Positions 56,901 to 64,000 of a stretch of 64,000 nucleotides of DNA are shown in pieces (position 1 is the first letter of the stretch; every line of letters begins with the position of its first letter). Both the position numbers and the translations under genes were made by a program. Under the pieces are notes generated by a model that was not told the DNA's origin, searched no databases, and was given only the letters and a program-made list of their open reading frames with translations. Source of the stretch: the human T2T-CHM13v2.0 reference genome, Homo sapiens; NCBI RefSeq assembly GCF_009914755.1, contig NC_060932.1; one strand, written 5' to 3'.

Positions 56901-57059
56901 AACAGATTTTTATTATCTCCCATCTTCTAAGTAATTTTTCAATTAAAGCCTAGTGTAGATCTCTGACTTTCGCCACGTCACTGCATTTGGTTCTTTTCTG
57001 GCACATTTGATTCAGACTCTTTTTTTTTTTTTTGAAACAAATCAGGTAATAAAAGGAAC

Positions 57060-57205
57060 AACCAGGTATTGACTACCTAAATGCTAAGTGCTAAAAAGTA
57101 TACTATATGATTTGCATAAATTAAATTTAATCCTCTTGGCATTGTATCAAGATATTAATTATGCTCATTTTATAAATGAGGAAATTGATGCACATAAAGG
57201 TTAAC
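57060..57205 (-). mobile_element. MIR
   Basis: ctcattttataaatgaggaaattgatgcacataaaggttaa. Confidence 0.7.
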
Positions 57206-57569
57206 AGGCATGTAACAGAATGACAGTCTCATATATTCACTGTTCCAGTCTGTTCATTTGACTGTTACTAAATTTTTTCACACCTTTTTTTAGTCACTTT
57301 TCCAAAAAATACATGAGGAATGCTTAAAATTTTTGCCATAAATCTTACGCTGACCATATATATTAATATAGGTATAATATCGTATATAAACATATATAAA
57401 TATATATAGAGAAAAAACCTTTAATACTTTTATTCTTAAATTCAAAACACTTAAAATATTCTTTAGACTCTATTTACTAATGTTTTAGACACAATATTGT
57501 GTTTACCTTTGAGGAATGTTTGTCATACGGGTTTTCAGAATATTGTAGACCTATCTTGAGTAAATGTGA

Positions 57570-57720
57570 TTCACTAGAAGGTTCTCATCTTGTCTCCAAC
57601 ACCTTTTCCTTGACTGATCTGGCTGAGTCACCTGCATTATCTCTGAGACTCAGTTTTCTCATCGACCAATGAGAGAAGATTGACTTGAGAATCTGAAGCC
57701 TATTTCAACTCAAAAGTTCA
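57570..57720 (+). mobile_element. MIR3/MIRc
   Basis: ctctgagactcagttttctcatc...tctgaagcctatttcaactcaaaagttc. Confidence 0.6.
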
Positions 57721-59094
57721 GTGTTGTTTTGCACTTTCTTCACTTAGACCAGTGAGCTCTTTTTATTAGAGGCATAAAAGGTGATTTAGATGGGCTTGGC
57801 CTAGTCCATCCAAGCCATTGCATGTGTATGTATATGTAGATACAGCCAGGTGGAGAAGGAACTAATAACTAGCAACACAGGACATTTATGTGGATCTTTG
57901 TTTTCACACAGCATGTGGGCAAATGGAGAAGGTGTAGCTTTTATTTGATCAATCCAGAGCACAGCTATGTGTGTGCTCTCATTGCTCTACTTAAAATTCT
58001 CTTATGTTTTTGTCCAAAAGTGACCTGTTCTATTTCATATATGAAAGCTTCACATTAAAAGAATATGAGGTAGCAAATATCTTTACTGAAGCGCTGTTGG
58101 CAGCCGAAATCACTGACAACTTCCTGGCTGTGATTCATAATCTATATCGGTGCCTTTGAGACAGCAGGCTATTGATTTTTCCCTGTCTATAATCCAAGAC
58201 CATATACAGAGCTTGTTAGACATCTGTGGGAATATAAACTGAGTTTTGATACAAGTTAGGAAGGTTCTCTTAGTAGTGAACTTAGTTTTTGTCTTAGAAA
58301 AATCTTTATACAACCTTAATCTTGGTGAACTTTTTAAAAACAAATAATCCAATATAAGCCAGGTCACAGGCTTTGAAACAGAGAATATTGTCAATTTTTT
58401 TTGTGGTTTGGGTGTTTTTTTTTGCGGGTGGGGGGTCGATTGTTTTGTGCCCAGAGTTTAAATAAAACTACTTTATCCAGTAGTTAGTAGACTATCTATT
58501 AAATAATGATCGAGGCTTTTTCCCTTTGTTATACCTAAGGATACTTTTTATTTGATGAGACTAACTAGGATAGATTTCAAGTGATACAGGGAGATAACTG
58601 TAGGGCACAGATATAAATTAAACTATTACAAGTCATACGTTATTAACTGTAGAGCTGTTTCTGAAAAAAATGAATAGGAATTACCCATATCAGAAGCCTT
58701 CTTAGGTCTGCAAACTTTAACTTTTTCTAAATCATTGGCTAACTGTCTGACCAAGAAATGAAAATTTTTTTAAAGTAAACATCTCAAAGAGAGAAAATAA
58801 AGGCATAGGTTTTTCCCTGAAGTAGTTTCTTAAGTAACAGTATCAACTAATACTTATTTAATCCTAACACTTTAGAAGGGAGTGTATTACAAAGTCAGGT
58901 GTATACCCATTTCAGTATAAAAACTGAAGACAAAATAGTATTATATACTTATTAAAAAGTCAGACACACTCGCAAATGAATACTGCTCCAAAATGTATAA
59001 TTTCTAGATAAAATTGCCTAACTAAAAGGTGTTCTTTGTACTTTTTATACGGTACTCAATTTAATTGCTTGTATCAAGTTTTCATTTTAATAAA

Positions 59095-59325
59095 AATAAT
59101 GCCTAATATTTACAGGTAATACATTATGTGTTAAGACCTCTTCTAAGTGCTTTACTTGGATTACTCATTTGATCTTCACAACAATCTTAAAATGATTATT
59201 CAGATGTGGACACTGAGACACCAATATGTCAAACATCTTGCTCAAGTTCATGCAGCTAGTAAAGGTTGGAGTCAAGATGCAAACGCAGGTGGTATGAATT
59301 AGGAGATTATGCTCTTAAAATCTGC
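59095..59325 (-). mobile_element. MIR/MIRb
   Basis: ttctaagtgctttac...ctcatttgatcttcacaacaa...cttgctcaagttcatgcagctagtaaag. Confidence 0.8.
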
Positions 59326-59349
59326 TCATCTAACTTAAAGTATTTTAAG

Positions 59350-59460
59350 CAAAGGAAGGGCAAGAATTTGTACTGACTCGCCTTTGTATCACCTCCAATA
59401 TTTAACATATTACCTGGTACATGGATTGTCAGTAAATGCTTATTAATATAAATTGAATCA
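59350..59460 (+). mobile_element. L2 3' end
   Basis: ggaagggcaagaatttg...tacctggtacatgg...cagtaaatgcttatt. Confidence 0.55.
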
Positions 59461-60183
59461 TAGAGGAAATATGTACAGAAAACAAAATTAACTTAGACAA
59501 AGAATAATCAGTAGTTAGTATTCTGTGACCTGAGACGCAGTGCTTAGAATAGTATTTCTCACTGTTTCTTCAATTAACACTTCATTCCAGTCAAATCTCC
59601 CATCTCAAATTGTCTAGCTTCTGCAAATCATCTTGATTATGATATATGTTTTGAAGTTTAAGTGATGAGAATTTTGTTGCAAATATTTTTAAATTATTAG
59701 TATATTATTAATAATTTTTCACACTATACAGTCATTTTTCATTCTATCTTAGCCCATTGAGAGTCACTTACTTCTCTATACATACCTCTTGTACATAAAT
59801 ATATCTAGTTTTAAAAGTATGTTTGTAAATCTTTATGTTTATTAAAATATTTGTTGAAGATTAATAACTTAATGCCTAATATTAATTTTATATTTTAAAA
59901 ATTGTGAATGACATAAAATAAAAAGCTAGCATGCTGTTGAAGTTCATCAAAAAAACTAAGCAGAACAGAACTTAATCTAAAATGATATTTTTTCTAATGC
60001 AATAAAAGAAGAAACTGGGGGAAATAATAGCAAGAACAACAACAAAAATTGCACTGTAGCAGAAAGAAAATGAAATCCTTCCAATTAAAAGGCAATCTCT
60101 AACAATCATTTGCCACAGGAAACAAAAATAATAATAATTTTAGGAAACTATGTTAAACTCTGTATGAGATTTAAGCAAACTCA

Positions 60184-60585
<402 letters not shown>

Positions 60586-60899
60586 TTATAGTGAAACAAA
60601 AAATGTAGAAGCAGAATTAAAATCTTAACGAAGCAATGAAGAGTGAAATTGATATGAAGAAATCAATTATGATCATAAAAACAATATCATACACAACCGA
60701 ATTAAAATAAATTTGTAAAACCTAACTAAATATCTGGAAACAAAATTCCAAAAGTGATAAAAGAATAAATGGAAATGTGAATAAACTACATTACAATGAG
60801 GAAATTGCAATAAGGAAATAAAGATGACAGGTTAAGAAGGTTTCCTGAGTGTTAAAAATTGTCAAGGAATAAAGAATTCCTATCTTATGTGTTGTTGCA

Positions 60900-63195
60900 G
60901 AAAACAGAACAAAACTAAAAAAAAAATCTTAGCTAACCTAATTCTCCAGGGTTAGGAAAAAGAAAGCCATAATAATGTAGGACTTATCCCAGAAATAGAA
61001 GGGCAATTAAACTTAGAAAACCTATCATTGGAATTCATCATTATAAGGAATTAAAAACAAAAATTCTACAGGACACCAAATATTATACAAACTTTGAAAC
61101 CTACTTAGGATTTTAAAACTGCACATGAAGAATGTGAGAGAATTTCCTCAAGGTCATTCCGCCAAAACTTGCAGCAAATATTACACTTAATGAAGAAAAC
61201 GTACGCACATTCCATTTAAAGTGAGGGTGAAAACAGTAATGAGAACTATCAATATTCTTTAACTATAGCACTGGAGGTCCTTTCTACTGTAATACTGTAG
61301 CAGAGAGAGAGAGAGAGAGAAATACCTGACTTCAAAAGCAGGATTAAAACTGAAACCCAGTTATTTTGGGTTCGGCCAAGATTATGTAATACCATGGGCT
61401 GCTTGTTCCTTCTCTAAACCCTGGCTAAGCTATGGAGGAACATGTAAACGTAGAAACAAAATGTATTGCTACAGATGGGCCAAGAATATAAAATAAGTTT
61501 AATAGTATACAAAAATAGATACGAGAAATGCCAAGGAAACAGCAACAACAATAAACTAGAAATAGCTGAATCAATGGATGATTCCTCTGAACTACTGTAT
61601 GTGGGACTGGAGAGAGTGGTTAGAGTTGCTAGATCCAACTCCAGAGAGTGCTATTTACATCAACCATGACGTGAAAGTTGTCCTCTGACTTTATATAACC
61701 CAGAGACCCTGAGCGGGTGGCTGCCACTTGGAGCACAGCATGGCTGACATTCTGGGAGTAGGAACTGAAGAGAAACCTTTTGATTTTTTTCTCTTTCCCA
61801 CACTCTTGCCTTCTGCCAATAATTCCCTGTTCCATTCCTGTGGCAATCTATAATAATGGCTCAAACCTCTCATGCAGGTGTCTAGAGATGTAAAATCAGG
61901 AAAGTATAAAATGTTGCAGGGTGAGAAGTTGAAGAAAGTAAGTGCATTTCTTTGACACTCATTCGTTTACCCTTTTACCTCCAAACAGTTCAGCCTGGCC
62001 GAGGTAGATGCCTCCTGCCAGGGCTGCTTCTCCTAGATGATCTGTAGGTGAGCTATTGAATGACAGAGTGATGAACTGGAATTTTGTTGTGTCTGACCAT
62101 CTCCATCCAAGGCATCAACCCTTTCCCTCTCCTCACCAGAGACTAGGGTGTGGGCTTCTAACTTCCCCAAACTTTTTCTAGAAAAGAATCCTAGAGCCCA
62201 AAAAGAATCTATTCTCACGAGCCAAAATAATGAGACACAACAAACCAAGCAAAATATATCACCAGAAGCAGAAGTATTACTACAGATGGATCAAGAGTAT
62301 AAAATAAGTTTAATGATATACAAAAATAAATATGAAAAAATATTAACAAAATAATTCATAAAACCCCAAGTAAAACCAGCAGCTATGAAAAGTAGATGTA
62401 AATTATTAGCCAGTTGACAGAGAATTTAAATTATTCTTATTTGTAGATATGACTCTATTTAGAAAATCCAAAAGAATCAATGAATTAATTAAACAAATAT
62501 GAGGGTTCAGCAAGGTTTTCAGATATAAGATTTATCTACAAAAATTTACCATCTATAAATTATAACATTTAATAGGATTTTATAGTAATGGACAAAACCA
62601 AGAACACACACGTCCTTTATAATGAATATCTTCAGACTATTACAGAACATTGAAAGAGAACTACATAAATGAAATAGACATGATGTTCATGGATGGCAAA
62701 ACATAACACAATATGATGTCAGTTTGCTCTAATAAATCTATAAATTCAATTAAATAACAATAAAACCCCAACAGGATTCTTAGCATTCTTGAATCAGTAT
62801 GACAAACTGATTTTGAAATTCATATGGAAGAATAAAGTTTGATCAATAGCGGAGAAAATTTTAAAAATTAGAGAAAGATAATTTGCCTTACTAGACATTA
62901 AGATACATTAGAAAGTTAAAATAATAAAATTTAAGAGTGGGCTATTTGTGTTGAAAAAGACAAACATATCACTGAAAGAAGAATGGATAGACATCACATA
63001 ACAAATTAAGAGGAAACATAAGAATTTCTTAGTCCTAGATGGTATTGGAAAAACTGCCTCACTGCTTATAGAAAATCAAGGTTATCTACACATTATAAAA
63101 TGGAAAAAAATTGATTCCTAGTGAATTAAATACTTCTATATGAGATATTAAAGGAGAAACATACATATCTTTTTGACTATGGGATAGGAATTTTA
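60900..63195 (+). mobile_element. Degraded ancient L1 ORF2 (L1ME/L1M5), interrupted at about 61296-62370
   Basis: aactatagcactggaggtcc; ttatttgtagatatgactctatttagaaaatccaaaagaatc; gacaaactgattttgaaattcatatggaa. Confidence 0.7.
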
Positions 63196-63199
63196 AAAA

Positions 63200-64000
63200 A
63201 TTTTTTCTATAGGTTATGGTGGTACAGGTGGTGTTTGGTTACATGAGTAAGTTCTTTAGTGGTAATTTGTGAGATTTCGGTGCACCCATCACCCGAGCAG
63301 TGTACACTGCACCCTATTTGTAGTCTTATATCCCTCACCTCTCTCCCAACCTTCCCCCCAAGTCACCAAAGTATCATTCTTACGCCTTTGCGTCCTCATA
63401 GCTTAGCTCTCACATATCAGTGAGAACATACAATGTTTGGTTTTCCATTCCGGAGTTACTTCACGTAGAATAATAGACTCCAATCTCACCCAGGTCTCTG
63501 TAAATGCCATTAATTCATTCCTTTTTATGGCTGAGTAGTATTCCATCATATATAGATATACACTATATATATACATATATATCTCTCACATCTATATATA
63601 CCACATATATACCACATATATATACACCATATATATACCACATATATATGCACCATATATATATATATACACACATCAAAGAGTTCTTTTACCGGGTTGG
63701 CTAAATTTATTCATAGCTGTATATATTTTTTAGTCTATTATAAATGGTCTAGTCTTCTTATTTCTTTCTCAGCTAGTTCTTTATGGTGTATATAAATAAA
63801 CACTACTAATTTTCATGTTTACTTTTACCCTGCAACTTTACTGAATTGGTTTGTTTCCATATAAATTTTTGAATTACTTTTCCTAATTCTGTGAAGAATG
63901 ATGGTGGTATTTTGGTGGGGATCGCATTAAATTTGTAGATTGATTTTGGCAATATGGTCATTTTCACAATATTGATTCTACCCATCCAGGAGTATAGGCT
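63200..64000 (-). mobile_element. L1PB1-like 3' end with (TA/CA)-rich microsatellite (63547-63675) and rearranged ORF2 segments; runs off the window
   Basis: ggtacaggtggtgtttggttacatgagtaagttctttagtgg...gcacccatcacccgagcag. Confidence 0.88.

Noticed and set aside
57730-58400. Unique segment with ETS-like (acttcctg) and AP-1-like (tgattca) words as an enhancer
   Set aside because: Short motifs expected by chance; cannot be supported without conservation or chromatin data.

Overview
AT-rich primate (hominoid, probably human/great-ape) genomic DNA that looks intergenic or deep-intronic. I find no host protein-coding exon, structural RNA gene or CRISPR-type array. The window is mostly interspersed repeats. 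It holds a full-length but dead young L1 (late L1PA3/L1PA2-type, 43526-49568, +, perfect 14-bp TSD) and an internally and 3'-deleted L1PA7-like element (18317-22568, -). It also holds a near full-length ancient L1MB3-like element carrying five nested insertions and itself sitting in a CR1/L3, several degraded L1M/L2/MIR/CR1 remnants, seven Alus plus a FLAM, many solo LTRs (six MLT2, two MER41, MER21, MLT1, LTR18-like) and DNA-transposon MITEs (MER1A, MER2, MER94, MER5). Long ORFs in the track are L1 ORF1/ORF2/ORF0 pieces; the rest are Alu- or chance-derived. Subfamily names come from recalled consensus sequences, not from a RepeatMasker/Dfam run. I found no convincing new biological system. 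The best leads are two open, convergent L1 ORF0 frames, several repair-type scars inside retroelements, LTR-borne STAT1/DUX4-type motifs, and an unclassified ~1.1-kb insert with an internal ~77-bp direct repeat.
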